Shown piece by piece: positions 29,020-39,253 of a DNA stretch of 64,000 bases. The notes under the pieces are model-generated. The model was not told where the DNA came from and did not search any database. It worked only from the letters and a program-made list of their open reading frames with translations. Source of the DNA: an uncultured Acidobacteriota bacterium (GTDB lineage Bacteria > Acidobacteriota > Vicinamibacteria > Vicinamibacterales > 2-12-FULL-66-21); assembly GCA_963804245.1 (NCBI GenBank), contig CAWDPQ010000004.1:4915-68914 (forward strand), in the 5' to 3' direction. Both the position numbers and the translations under genes were made by a program. Within the stretch, counting starts at the first letter, position 1. The number at the start of each line of letters is the position of its first letter.

Positions 29020-29112
29020 GGGCGGTGGAAGTCGAAAATCCTAGGCATCGTGCCGAGCGGTGGTCAATAGCACGAATGAACTACCGTAGAGCCGAGGGCA
29101 TAAACTGCTGCG

Positions 29113-29652
29113 ATGAAGTACGTGGCGTTTCTGCGGGGAATAAATGTCGGGGGCAAGTGCATCATGAAGATGGCTGCCGTCAGACGTTGCCTGGAGGACG
29201 CTGGTTTCAAGCAGGTAACCACCTATATCCAAAGCGGCAACGTGATCGTCGACACTGACGAGCGGACGGCTTCGGTCGTGACTCGCAGGATCGAAGCGGC
29301 GCTTTCTGCGACGTTCGCCTACAAAGCCAAGGTTGTCCTGCGATCGCATGCTCAGCTCAAAGGCGTCGTCGCCGGAGTGCCCAGATCCTGGTCGCCGGGC
29401 GACCATCTCCGGCGCTACGTGGCGTTTCTGCGCCCGCCGGTAACGGCAAAGCAGGCCGTCCGAGAGGTGCCCGTCAAAGACGGCGTTGACACGATCAGCG
29501 CCGGCGCCGGAGTGATCTACATGTCCACACTCCTCAGTGCTCTGAACAAGAGCGCACTGACGAAGCTCGTGAGCAAGCCAATTTACCAGGACATGACCAT
29601 CCGCAATCATTCGACCTGCGTGAAAATTCTCGCTCTGATGGATCGGAGATAG
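29113..29652 (+). CDS. DUF1697-domain protein
   Basis: MKYVAFLRGINVGGK...GFKQVTTYIQSGNVI is the characteristic N-terminus of this family. Confidence 0.8.
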   Translation: MKYVAFLRGINVGGKCIMKMAAVRRCLEDAGFKQVTTYIQSGNVIVDTDERTASVVTRRIEAALSATFAYKAKVVLRSHAQLKGVVAGVPRSWSPGDHLRRYVAFLRPPVTAKQAVREVPVKDGVDTISAGAGVIYMSTLLSALNKSALTKLVSKPIYQDMTIRNHSTCVKILALMDRR

Positions 29653-29848
29653 TCCCAGCGTCGAGACAAGGCGAGCCTTTCAGGACCATTCACGGTCAGA
29701 CATCCACAAGCGTCACGAGATGACCTCCTGACCTCCGACCTGATGTAACCCACCTCAGACACCGATAAAACCGCAGGAACCACGTGGTCCGCACAGCGGC
29801 TGACGCGCTGCAGGGACACCAGCTATCCCCGTTAGTCCACCCAAAAAC

Positions 29849-31870
29849 GTGCTTCATCAGGAGGCTGCTCTTGCGTGTTGCTCTTGCCTTCGCGTGCAGT
29901 GTGCAACTCATCTCTTCGGTCGGTTCGCGCAAACCACTCCACAAGTGTCAACCGAAACGGCAACCACGCGGTTGGTACCCGTCTCTGGTACGTTGACCGA
30001 TGGGCGGGGCGCTCCAATCACCGGCGAAGCGGTGGTGACTTTCAGTCTGTACGACGCATCTGAGGGCGGGGTTCTGCTGTGGACTGAGACACAACGGGTC
30101 GGCTCCGACGCTCGAGGGCGTTACACGGCGTATCTCGGGTCCGCAGTGCCGTTGCCGCAATCGGCGTTCAGAGAAGAGCAGGCGCGTTGGCTCGAGACCG
30201 AGATCGGAGGCCGTGCATTGCCTCGGACGATGCTGGTGGCGGTACCTTATGCGCTGCGCGCCACCGATGCGGAGACCCTGGGCGGCACGCCCCTCTCCTC
30301 GTTCGTCCTCAAGCCGACGGCTGAACGGGCGGAGACGTCGGCCACTGCGGCGCCGCTCATCGATGGCAGTGGTGTCCCAGGCCAGCTCGCGAAATTTACG
30401 ACGGCAACCGATGTCGGCAGCTCGGTCATCACCGAGACGGCGACGAACCGCGTCGGGATCGGCACCACCGATCCTACTGAAGCCGGTCAGATCGATTCGA
30501 AGGTGACGATCCGAGGCACGGATGGAGGGACGGCGTTCGCCATCTCGAACCAGGCGGGCACGCCACGGTTCGCTCTCAATATCAACGGCGACGGTTCGTG
30601 GATCACTTACGACCGGGCGACGGGCACTTACCAACCAGGCATCGCCCAGCGCGGCGGGCGAGTGGGCGTCGCCACGACCGATCCCACAGGTGGCGGCGTC
30701 GTGGACTCCAAGCTCACCGTCCGCAATCTCGACAACAACACCGGCATCGCTGTACTCAACGAGTCGAATGCGCGGCGGTTTGCGCTCAATACGCTGTCGA
30801 CCGGCGGATGGACGGCATATGACGGCGGCGGGGGCGTCTGGAATCAAGGGCTGAGGCAGACCAACGGCAACGTCGGCATAGGCACGACGCCGACAACCGA
30901 TCGGCTGGTCGTCGGCAGGACCGACTCGGGGATTGTCGCCAACCCGCCGGCGGCTGCGTCATTCTTCGTGAACAACACCAGCAGCGTCTCGCCCGCGGTG
31001 AAAGCCGAAGTAAACACGATTTTCAGCAACTTCGGAGCCGCGGCGATCTATGCCATCTCCTCGGGAACGGGCGGCTTTGGTGGGCTCTTCCACGCCTCGA
31101 ATGCCGCCGGAAACGGTCCGGCGCTCATCGCGTTGTCCGACGGCAACGGCAATGGCATTACAGCGAACAGCAACGGCGGCAACGGCCTGGAAGCAAACAT
31201 CCAAGAAAACGGTATTGCTGTCTACGGCTGGGTACCGACGTTCGCGACCGGCAGGGCCGCTCGCTTCGCCATCTTCAACGATACGAACGCCAATCCGTCC
31301 GTCACGATCAGCACGGCCGGAACGGGTTCCGGAGTGCTCGTGAATCACACCGGCTCGAGCGGCAACATCGCCGTCTTCCAGAACAGCAGCGCCAACGTTG
31401 CAAGGATCGACAAGACCGGCAGAGGGTTCTTCAACAACGGCACGCAGCTTGGCGGAGCGGACCTGGCCGAGGCGTTCTCAGTGGTCGGTGCCGTCGACTC
31501 CTATGCACCGGGAGATGTTCTGGAAATATCCCCGGATCATGCGCGAACACTCCGCAAGAGCACCGGCGCGTATTCGACGCGCGTCGTCGGCGTGTATGCG
31601 ACACGGCCTGGCGTGCTGCTGAGCGATCTCTCGATCGACGACGACCATAGCGGTCGCATTCCGGCAGGGGTGGTGGGCGTCATCCCGACGAAGGTCAGCG
31701 CCGAGAATGGTCCGATTCAGCCAGGCGACCTGCTGGTCACCGCCAGCACGCCAGGTCACGCCATGAAAGCGGGATCCAATCCGCCGGTCGGATCGATCGT
31801 CGGCAAGGCTCTGGCGCCGTTCAGCGGTCCAGGGTCGGCGGTGATCGATGTCTTCGTCAACGTGCGCTAA
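29849..31870 (+). CDS. Large secreted tail-fibre-like repeat protein
   Basis: Repeated VGIGTTDPT../VGVATTDPT../VGIGTTPTT modules, Gly/Asn/Thr-rich beta-solenoid-like sequence, and a C-terminal ..GGADLAEAFS...ENGPIQPGDLLVTASTPGHAMKA..GKAL domain. A convincing AGGAGG-N6-TTG start plus signal peptide (LRVALAFACSVQLISSVG, from 29871) lies in another frame. An N-terminal indel near 29925 is therefore likely. Confidence 0.7.
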   Translation: MLHQEAALACCSCLRVQCATHLFGRFAQTTPQVSTETATTRLVPVSGTLTDGRGAPITGEAVVTFSLYDASEGGVLLWTETQRVGSDARGRYTAYLGSAVPLPQSAFREEQARWLETEIGGRALPRTMLVAVPYALRATDAETLGGTPLSSFVLKPTAERAETSATAAPLIDGSGVPGQLAKFTTATDVGSSVITETATNRVGIGTTDPTEAGQIDSKVTIRGTDGGTAFAISNQAGTPRFALNINGDGSWITYDRATGTYQPGIAQRGGRVGVATTDPTGGGVVDSKLTVRNLDNNTGIAVLNESNARRFALNTLSTGGWTAYDGGGGVWNQGLRQTNGNVGIGTTPTTDRLVVGRTDSGIVANPPAAASFFVNNTSSVSPAVKAEVNTIFSNFGAAAIYAISSGTGGFGGLFHASNAAGNGPALIALSDGNGNGITANSNGGNGLEANIQENGIAVYGWVPTFATGRAARFAIFNDTNANPSVTISTAGTGSGVLVNHTGSSGNIAVFQNSSANVARIDKTGRGFFNNGTQLGGADLAEAFSVVGAVDSYAPGDVLEISPDHARTLRKSTGAYSTRVVGVYATRPGVLLSDLSIDDDHSGRIPAGVVGVIPTKVSAENGPIQPGDLLVTASTPGHAMKAGSNPPVGSIVGKALAPFSGPGSAVIDVFVNVR

Positions 31871-31910
31871 GTACAGATGTTAGAATTCCCAGGCTTATCG
31901 CTAGTCCGCC

Positions 31911-34515
31911 GTGTCCCTTACTGCCGGCACTCGCCTGGGCCCATACGAAATAGTCGCCGCGCTCGGAGCCGGTGGCATGGGCGAGGTGCACCTTGCCAAA
32001 GACACCCGCCTCGATCGCAAAGTCGCGATCAAGCTGCTGCTCGCCGATAAGGCCGACCGTGCTGTGTCGCCCGAGCGCTTCCAGAGCGAAGCCAAGGCTG
32101 TCTCGAGCCTGAACCATCCCAACATCTGCGCGCTATACGACGTCGGGGAGCAGAACGGCCGCGACTACCTGGTGATGGAGTTGCTGGAGGGTGAAACGAT
32201 TGCCAACCGCCTGAGGCGCGGTCCGCTGCCCACGGATCAGATTCTCCGTCATGCCATCGAGATCGCCGAGGCGCTCGATCACGCGCATCGGCACGGGATC
32301 GTTCATCGCGACCTCAAGCCGGCCAACGTGATGTTGACGAAGAGCGGCGCCAAGCTGCTCGACTTTGGGCTGGCGAAATGGCACAGCAGGCGAGCTGATT
32401 TCTCCGAGTCTCTCGAAACGACGACGCGCGTACCACCGTTGACCGGTGTCGGTCAGGTGGCGGGGACGCCGCAATACATGGCGCCCGAGCAGCTCGAGGG
32501 AAAACCGGTCGACGCGCGCACCGACCTCTTCGCCTTCGGCGCGCTCGTGCACGAAATGGCCACGGGCCGGAGGGCTTTCGAGGCGACCAGTCAAGCATCA
32601 CTCGTTGCCGCGATTCTGGGAACGGATCCGCCCCCGATCTCCTCGCTGCAGCCGCTCTCGCCACCCGCGCTCGATCGCGTCGTGAAGAAATGCCTGGCGA
32701 AGGATCCCGATGAACGGTGGCAGACGGCGCGGGATCTGGCCGACGCGCTCAAGTGGATCAGTCATGACAGCTCGCAGAGCGCAGGTCTTCAGTCGGGACG
32801 CCTCGCTCCGGTTGCAGCGGGAACCTCACGTCGTGTGATAGGCGGAGCAGCTGCCGTGCTGCTGGCCGCGGTCGCCGCAGTGGGATGGTGGATCTGGCGT
32901 CAGCCCTCTCGTTCACTGCAAGCGACGGACCTTCGTCTGATCTCGACGTTTTCGGGAGAGCATTGGGGCGCCGGCTTTTCCCCCGATGGCAACTTCGTCG
33001 CGTTTCTCAAAGAGGTCGAGGGGATCCCGCAAGTGTGGGTCAAGAACCTGGCCGAGGGTGATCCCATTCAAATCACGTTTGGCGATGTTCCGGTCAGGCG
33101 TCTTGTCTGGTCACCGCTGAACGACCGAATCGTGTTCAGCCGCTTTCGCGCCGGTCTGTGGTCGGTGGCGCCACTCGGCGGTTCGGCCAGGCGAATCCTG
33201 GAATTCGGTGATGCACCGAAATTTTCAACGGACGGCCGGAGGCTGGTCTTCACTCGAGGCACAGGGATCTGGACGGCCAACGCCGATGGCGGCGACGTTC
33301 GTGAAGTCGCCGGTGTGCCGAAGACGCCGTGGGCCGTCGATCGGTCTCCGGATCTGTCTCCAGATGGGTCGACTGTCGTTTTTTTTCACCCGACCGAGAC
33401 GGCACCCATCTGGGGTGACATCTGGGTTACCCCAGTCGCCGGCGGGCAGCCCAGGCAACTCACGTTCGATGCGTCCGAGGGCGGCTGGCCCACCTGGGCA
33501 CCGGATGGACAGTCGATCGTTTTTTCTTCCAGTCGCGGCGGCAGCCTGACACTCTGGCGTGTGAACGTTGCGGGTGGCACGCCAACGGCGTTGACGACCG
33601 GGGCGGGGGAGGATTCCGAGCCGGACGTGTCAGCCGATGGAAAGAAACTGATCTACAGCACGCAGCGCAAGAGCTATAGCCTTGTTCTGATAGATCCAGC
33701 GACCGGCCAGGAAAAGGAAATCCTTTCCAGTCGAGTTCGGCTCGCCTTTCCTGCGTTCTCTCCGAAAAACGATAGGGTCGCCTTCAATCAACCGGGCGGG
33801 GGTGGCGCGCACCTCCACGTGAGTTCTCTGGATGGGCGCGAGGCCCGGCAAGTCACGCAGGGCGCACGGGAGCAGAACATCGTGCCGCAGTGGTCCAACG
33901 ATGGAGCCTGGCTCTACTTCTACCGGCTCTATCCGGCAAAATCGTTCCGCAAGATTTCTGTGGAGGGCGGCACGAGTAGCGAAGTCGCGCCTTTGGACTT
34001 CCTAACGGATAAGGACGCGCACGTCGATCCACGAGGTCGGGCGATCGTATATACGACCATTGAGGGAGCTAAGGCGAAGGCAACGATGGTTCGAGACCTA
34101 GAGTCGGGCAAAGAACACGAACTGGGTCGCGTGACTGGACCGTCCTCGCTGGTCAACGGATTCCAAGACTATCTTCGGAGATTACACGTCGCCAGATCCT
34201 GGCGGCGACATCTACAATCGATGGATTGTGGGTGCCTGTCCAGCCGATGGGGGGCCATGCCACACTCTCACGAGAGGATTTCGTGCCGTTCCATCCGGCG
34301 ACGGGTCACGGCTGTTTTACATCCGCGACACAGGTGCGGCTCTCAGGATGCGCGAAGTGTGGACGGCGTCCGTCGATGGCACGAATCCCCGAAAGGTCGG
34401 AACTCTGGGACCGCTGCCGGATGACTGGGGCTATGACGTCTCGCGGATGGACCAGATCGTCTTCAATAGGTTGAACGCGAGTCGGCGCGAGCTGTGGCTG
34501 GCGAACTTGAAATAG
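31911..34515 (+). pseudogene. Ser/Thr protein kinase with a TM segment and a TolB-like beta-propeller, frameshifted near the C-terminus
   Basis: Kinase motifs GAGGMGEV, VAIK, HRDLKPANV, GTPQYMAPE. Propeller repeats FSPDG/WSPL/LSPDG/WAPDG. The frame changes at about 34150 (..GRVTGPSS / WSTDSKTIFGDYTSPDPGGDIY...RELWLANLK ending at 34515). Confidence 0.8.
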
Positions 34516-34561
34516 GTCACGCCCCGCAATTGTGTAGACACTCTACGCTTCATGTCGTAGG

Positions 34562-34918
34562 ATGTCTACACGACAAATGGCCCAGCAGAAGACGCGCATC
34601 GAGCTGCTTCAGGGAACCCTCGACCTCCTGATCTTGCGAACGCTTGTGTTCGGTCCGTCGCACGGTCACGCCGTCGCCAAGCACATCCGGGCCCTGTCCG
34701 AAGATGTGCTCCAGATCGAAACGGGGTCGCTGTATCCCGCGCTGCACCGGTTGGAAGCCCAGGGTTGGATCGCGGCGTCGTGGGAGATTTCGGACAAGGG
34801 CAAGCGGGCGAAGTACTACCGTCTGACCGCGGCCGGCCGGAAACAGCTCGTGGCGGAGCAGTCGAAATGGGAACAGCTGTCGATCGCGATGGCACGGGTG
34901 CTGCGGCCGGCGGAATAG
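34562..34918 (+). CDS. PadR-family transcriptional regulator
   Basis: [25 protein letters not shown]......[16 protein letters not shown]...[18 protein letters not shown] is a canonical PadR pattern. Confidence 0.9.
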   Translation: MSTRQMAQQKTRIELLQGTLDLLILRTLVFGPSHGHAVAKHIRALSEDVLQIETGSLYPALHRLEAQGWIAASWEISDKGKRAKYYRLTAAGRKQLVAEQSKWEQLSIAMARVLRPAE

Positions 34919-34927
34919 GCGGGCGTC

Positions 34928-37657
34928 GTGACATGGACACAACTGCGGGCTCGCCTTCGCGTGCTGTGGCATTGGCGCCGCACGGAATCCGAGCTCGACG
35001 ATGAGATCGCGTTTCATCTCTCCGAAGAGGCGGACGATCGAGCCGCCGCCGGACTGCCTCCTGCGCAGGCGCGCCTGGCCGCAAAAAGGGATTTCGGCAA
35101 CGTCGCCCTGATCCGGGAAACAACCCGTGAGGTATGGGGGTGGGGATCCGCGGAGCGGCTGATCCAGGACGTTCGTTTTGCCGTGCGCTCGTTGCGGCAT
35201 AATCCGGGCTTCGCACTCGTCGCTATTCTGACGCTCGCCCTCGGCGTTGGTCCGACAGCCGCCGTGTTCGGCGTGCTCGATGCCGTGGTCCTTCGGCCGC
35301 TCCCGGTACCGGAGCCGCACCGCCTGGTTCGGGTGGTGCCACAGATGAGAGGCAGCCGCTGGATCCTGGTTTATCCGCTGTTCGAGGGCCTGCGCGACCA
35401 GCAACAGAGCCTTGACGGCATTTTTGCCGTTTCCGATCAGCCCAACCTGAAAGTGCGATTCGATGATTCCTCTGCTCCCGAGTTTCTCCGCGGCAGCTCG
35501 GTATCAGGAGCCTATTTCAGCACGCTCAGATTGACTGCGGCGGCCGGACGCGTTCTTACGGACCAGGATGACCAGATCGCCGGCACACCTCACGATGCCG
35601 GATGCGCCGTCGTCATCGGACACGATCTCTGGTCACGACGTTTTGACAGTCAGCATTCCGTGCTCGGACGGAAAGTACAAGTCAAGGACGTCGACTGCAC
35701 GATCGTCGGAGTAGCGCCGGTCGAGTTCCGCAGCCACCAGCCCGGGTACGTCGTGGACATGTGGGTCCCCATGCGGCAGGTGACCTCGCGCCGAGATCTT
35801 ACCAATCACTACGGCGCCTTCTTCAGCGGCGTGATGGGGCGGTTGAAGGAAGGCACGCCATCCTCGCAGGCTGAGTCTCAGCTGACCGTCTTGTACCAGC
35901 AGCTTCAGGCGGCGGAGCCTGTGCCGCCGCCTGACATACCAAACAAGCCGATCGCACCGGCTGACGTGAGTATTCGCCTCGCGCGTGGGAATCATGGACT
36001 CGACGCTCTGCAGCGAGAGTTCGAGGTGTTACTCCTGCTCATTCAGGTGCTGGTCGCGCTCGTGCTGCTGATTGCCGCGGCCAGCGTCGCCGGGCTCGTG
36101 CTGCTGCGCAGCGCATCTCGCGAGGCGGAGTTCGCGACCCGCGCCGCGTTGGGCGCAAGGCGAATGCGCATCGTGCGCCAACTGGTCACGGAAGCGGGAG
36201 TGCTGGCGGCATTGGGAGGGCTCGCCGGTCTTACGCTCGCCGTATGGTCGGCGCCGGTGCTCGCATCGTTCATTTCGTTGTCGTGGATGCCGATTGCGGT
36301 CGACGTCAGGACGGACTGGCGGTTGCTGCTCCTCACGCTGATCGCGACGGCCACGGCGGCGCTCGTGACAGGATTGGTTCCCGCGTGTCGACTGGGTCGG
36401 CAACCGATCATCTCCAACATCGGCAGTGCCAGCCGCACGACGACTTCGAGGTTCGGACTGTTGATCGCGCGCAGTCTGGTCACCGTACAACTTGCCTTAT
36501 CCCTAGTGCTCGTCATCGGAACCGGGCTGCTCGTAACGACCATGTTCCGGCTGTCGCAGGTCGACCCCGGCTTTCGTCCGCAGAACGTGCTCGTTCTCCA
36601 GATCCGTCATGACAGCAGTTCTCAGGCGCCGGATGCGGCCGATCGAGCCGCCAGGAATGCCGAGCTGCTGGCAACCTATTCCCGTGTAGAGAGTCAGCTG
36701 CGGGCGTTGCCGGGTGTTGAGGAGGCCAGCCTCTCGTGGCTGGGTCTCTTCGGGGGGAGCGATCAGAAACTTCAACTCTCCGATGTGGTCGCGCCGGAGG
36801 ACAGGTATCTCGCTCATGTGGATCGCGTGTCGACGCGATATTTTGAAACTGCGGGTATGCGGCTCTCTCGCGGTCGTACTTTCAACGCGGCCGACCGCGA
36901 GGGCTCTCTGCGCGTGGCCGTCGTCAACGAAACGCTGCGCCGCGAGCGATTCGGCGACGGTGAAGCAATCGGTCGGAGAGTCGTCCTCGACTACCCGGGC
37001 GAACGGGATCGTCCGGTGACGATCGTCGGCGTCGTGCGCGACGCGAAGTACAACGACCTGCGCGAGACGGTCACTGCGCCGATGATTTGGGTGCCGTTGG
37101 CGCAGGCTCCACTGCGAATCAGCTCGATCATGCTCCGCATACAGCCGGGAACCGAAGGATCGGTGGCACGACAAGCGACGGCTGCACTATCGGCGACCGA
37201 CGAGAACATCATGGTGCGCAGGACCACGACTCTGTCGTCGATTGTTGAACGGACGACCGATCGCGAGCGGCTGATGCTCACGTTGTCGGCTGCGTTCGGC
37301 GTCATCGGGTTGATCATTGCCGCCGTCGCGCTCTACGGCACGATGGCGTTCGCCGTGGCTCGCCGAACCAGGGAGATCGGCTTACGCATGGCCCTGGGGG
37401 CCGATCAAGGGCGCGTGGTGCGATCGATTGTTGGAGATGCGTTCAAGTTGGTCTGTGCGGCGACCGTTGTCGGCGTTCCGGGAGGGCTTGCTGCGGGTTC
37501 AGCGCTTCAGGCGTTCTTGTATGGCGTGTCGCCCTACGACGTGACCACGCTTGCGATCGCGTGCTTCGTGCTGCTGACGACCACGATTGCAGCAGCCATC
37601 ATCCCCGCAAGGCGAGCCGCAGCTATCGACCCGATTGCGGCCTTGCGATGTGAGTAG
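34928..37657 (+). CDS. ADOP-type duplicated FtsX/MacB-like permease (intact)
   Basis: 909 aa with N-terminal ELDDEIAFHL and VRFAVRSLRHNPGFALVAILTLALGVG, two periplasmic domains and two FtsX TM bundles, ending ..AIDPIAALRCE. Confidence 0.85.
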   Translation: MTWTQLRARLRVLWHWRRTESELDDEIAFHLSEEADDRAAAGLPPAQARLAAKRDFGNVALIRETTREVWGWGSAERLIQDVRFAVRSLRHNPGFALVAILTLALGVGPTAAVFGVLDAVVLRPLPVPEPHRLVRVVPQMRGSRWILVYPLFEGLRDQQQSLDGIFAVSDQPNLKVRFDDSSAPEFLRGSSVSGAYFSTLRLTAAAGRVLTDQDDQIAGTPHDAGCAVVIGHDLWSRRFDSQHSVLGRKVQVKDVDCTIVGVAPVEFRSHQPGYVVDMWVPMRQVTSRRDLTNHYGAFFSGVMGRLKEGTPSSQAESQLTVLYQQLQAAEPVPPPDIPNKPIAPADVSIRLARGNHGLDALQREFEVLLLLIQVLVALVLLIAAASVAGLVLLRSASREAEFATRAALGARRMRIVRQLVTEAGVLAALGGLAGLTLAVWSAPVLASFISLSWMPIAVDVRTDWRLLLLTLIATATAALVTGLVPACRLGRQPIISNIGSASRTTTSRFGLLIARSLVTVQLALSLVLVIGTGLLVTTMFRLSQVDPGFRPQNVLVLQIRHDSSSQAPDAADRAARNAELLATYSRVESQLRALPGVEEASLSWLGLFGGSDQKLQLSDVVAPEDRYLAHVDRVSTRYFETAGMRLSRGRTFNAADREGSLRVAVVNETLRRERFGDGEAIGRRVVLDYPGERDRPVTIVGVVRDAKYNDLRETVTAPMIWVPLAQAPLRISSIMLRIQPGTEGSVARQATAALSATDENIMVRRTTTLSSIVERTTDRERLMLTLSAAFGVIGLIIAAVALYGTMAFAVARRTREIGLRMALGADQGRVVRSIVGDAFKLVCAATVVGVPGGLAAGSALQAFLYGVSPYDVTTLAIACFVLLTTTIAAAIIPARRAAAIDPIAALRCE

Positions 37658-37682
37658 GTTGCCAAAAATCGTGGGACCGCTC

Positions 37683-38003
37683 TCAGCCGCGGACCTCCTC
37701 TGTGACGACGGACCACGTGCTGCGCGCAAGGTCCACGAATTCCGCGAGGTGGTCGGTTGCGGCCTGTCCTTCCGGTGCACACCATGCCGCTTCCATGCTC
37801 TCCCAGTCATCCCAATAGAGCTCGATGACGGCGTCCCATCCAGGGTGACTGCGGTTGGGATCGGCGGCCACGTGGTTTTGGACGTAGCGGCGCAGTCCCG
37901 GCAGCCGCTCGGCCATCGGGCCGTGTTCATCCCGCAGGATCGCGTGGAACCGGTCCGCTGATATGTCAGGTCGTCGATAGAGGACGACGACGAACTTGAG
38001 CAT
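37683..38003 (-). CDS. EthD-domain protein
   Basis: 106 aa: MLKFVVVLYRRPDIS.DRF......EH.P....LPGLRRYVQNH. Confidence 0.7.
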   Translation of the reverse strand: MLKFVVVLYRRPDISADRFHAILRDEHGPMAERLPGLRRYVQNHVAADPNRSHPGWDAVIELYWDDWESMEAAWCAPEGQAATDHLAEFVDLARSTWSVVTEEVRG

Positions 38004-38056
38004 TGGCGATCACGAACATTACCTGAACGGCCAGAAATCTATTCAACCGAAGGTGC

Positions 38057-39025
38057 TCAGGCCGCCCTGGAACCAACCTTGCGCATCGTTGTCCACTCCC
38101 GACAGAGGTCGCGAGCTGCCGCCGGCCACGTCGGGTATCTGAAGACGAAGCCTGCCTCGAGCAGCCGACGAGGAACGACGCGACGGCTTTTCAGGATGAG
38201 CTCGGTCTCGGTGTGCAGGAAGACCGCGCCTACCGCGAGCATCCATCTGGCAGCTGGCAAGCCGATCGGCGTTCCCCATGCCTCGCGCAGCACACGCATG
38301 AACTCCGCGTTCGGGAGCGGATTCGGAGCGCCGATGTTGATGACTCCCTCGACGGAGTCGTGGCCGATCAGCCAGCGAATGGCCTCGACGAAATCGACGT
38401 AGTGAATCCATGAGACATATTGCTGTCCATCGCCCGCGCTGCCGCCCAGCCCGCATCGGACCAGGCGGAGGAGCGTGTCGAAGATACCGTCACGATCCGG
38501 GCTCATGGTCATCGCCGAGCGAAGGGCGACTTTTCGTGTCCCGGGAACTGTGGCGTCGTTGAAGGCAGCTTCCCACGCGCGTGCGACGTCGATGCTGAAA
38601 GACCAGGTGGACGGCGACTGCGACCCGCCGCCGATCTGACCCGAAACTTCATCGTTTGGAGCGTCGTAGCGATGCGAGTAGATCGTGGCGGTGCTCGCCT
38701 GCAGCCAGATGCACGGTGGACGGCGGGCCGCGGCGATAGCCTGTCCGACGACCCGGGTCGATAGCACGCGAGACTCGAGGATCTCCTTGCGGTTGGCCGG
38801 CGTGTAGCGGCAGTTGACGCTGCGACCCGCCAGGTTGATGACCACGTCGCAGTCGTCCAGCTCCCGCGACCACGCGCCGAGCGTCGCGCCATCCCACGCC
38901 TCGACTCGCCAGGGACGCGCGACGGGATGACGGCTCAGCACCACGACGTCATGCCCATCCCCCTGAAACGCGCGGCCGAGAACATGGCCGACTTGTCCAG
39001 ATCCGCCCGGTATCACGATCTTCAT
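38057..39025 (-). CDS. YfcH-like SDR epimerase-family protein (DUF1731 C-terminus)
   Basis: MKIVIPGGSGQVGHVL.., INLAGRS.., and a C-terminal L.SRRVVPRRLLEAGFVFRYP block typical of the family. Confidence 0.8.
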   Translation of the reverse strand: MKIVIPGGSGQVGHVLGRAFQGDGHDVVVLSRHPVARPWRVEAWDGATLGAWSRELDDCDVVINLAGRSVNCRYTPANRKEILESRVLSTRVVGQAIAAARRPPCIWLQASTATIYSHRYDAPNDEVSGQIGGGSQSPSTWSFSIDVARAWEAAFNDATVPGTRKVALRSAMTMSPDRDGIFDTLLRLVRCGLGGSAGDGQQYVSWIHYVDFVEAIRWLIGHDSVEGVINIGAPNPLPNAEFMRVLREAWGTPIGLPAARWMLAVGAVFLHTETELILKSRRVVPRRLLEAGFVFRYPTWPAAARDLCREWTTMRKVGSRAA

Positions 39026-39046
39026 CGGTCCAACCTGGTGGGTCTA

Positions 39047-39111
39047 TTGAACATGTTCAAAGAATACCTTGCGCCCAGACCTGGCGTCAACAACGTTTTG
39101 AACACGTTCAA
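39047..39111. promoter_or_regulatory. Two 14-bp palindromic operator candidates, TTGAACATGTTCAA and TTGAACACGTTCAA
   Basis: A perfect palindrome lies at 39047-39060 and a one-mismatch copy at 39098-39111, 51 bp centre to centre. Both are in the most AT-rich patch of this intergenic region. Confidence 0.45.
39061..39090 (-). promoter_or_regulatory. Candidate promoter TTGACG-N18-TATTCT for the 38057-39025 gene, flanked by the two palindromes
   Basis: The minus strand reads TTGAACGTGTTCAA aacgttg TTGACG ccaggtctgggcgcaagg TATTCT TTGAACATGTTCAA. The second operator would sit over the transcription start. Confidence 0.35.
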
Positions 39112-39253
39112 TCCACGCCTATCGAGCATGCCGAGGGAAGCCGCCAGGCGTACCCGCTGGAGAGTCGATCAGAATCGAACGGAAAAGCCCGCGCTGAGCG
39201 AGGATTGCCACAGCGGATTCGTGACGCTCCGTTTCTGGCGGCTGGTGGAAGCG

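Noticed and set aside
39047-39111. The palindromes as LexA (Cheo-box-type CGAAC-N4-GTTCG) SOS operators.
   Set aside because: The GAAC and GTTC half-sites are separated by 2 nt, not 4. The downstream gene is not a typical SOS gene.
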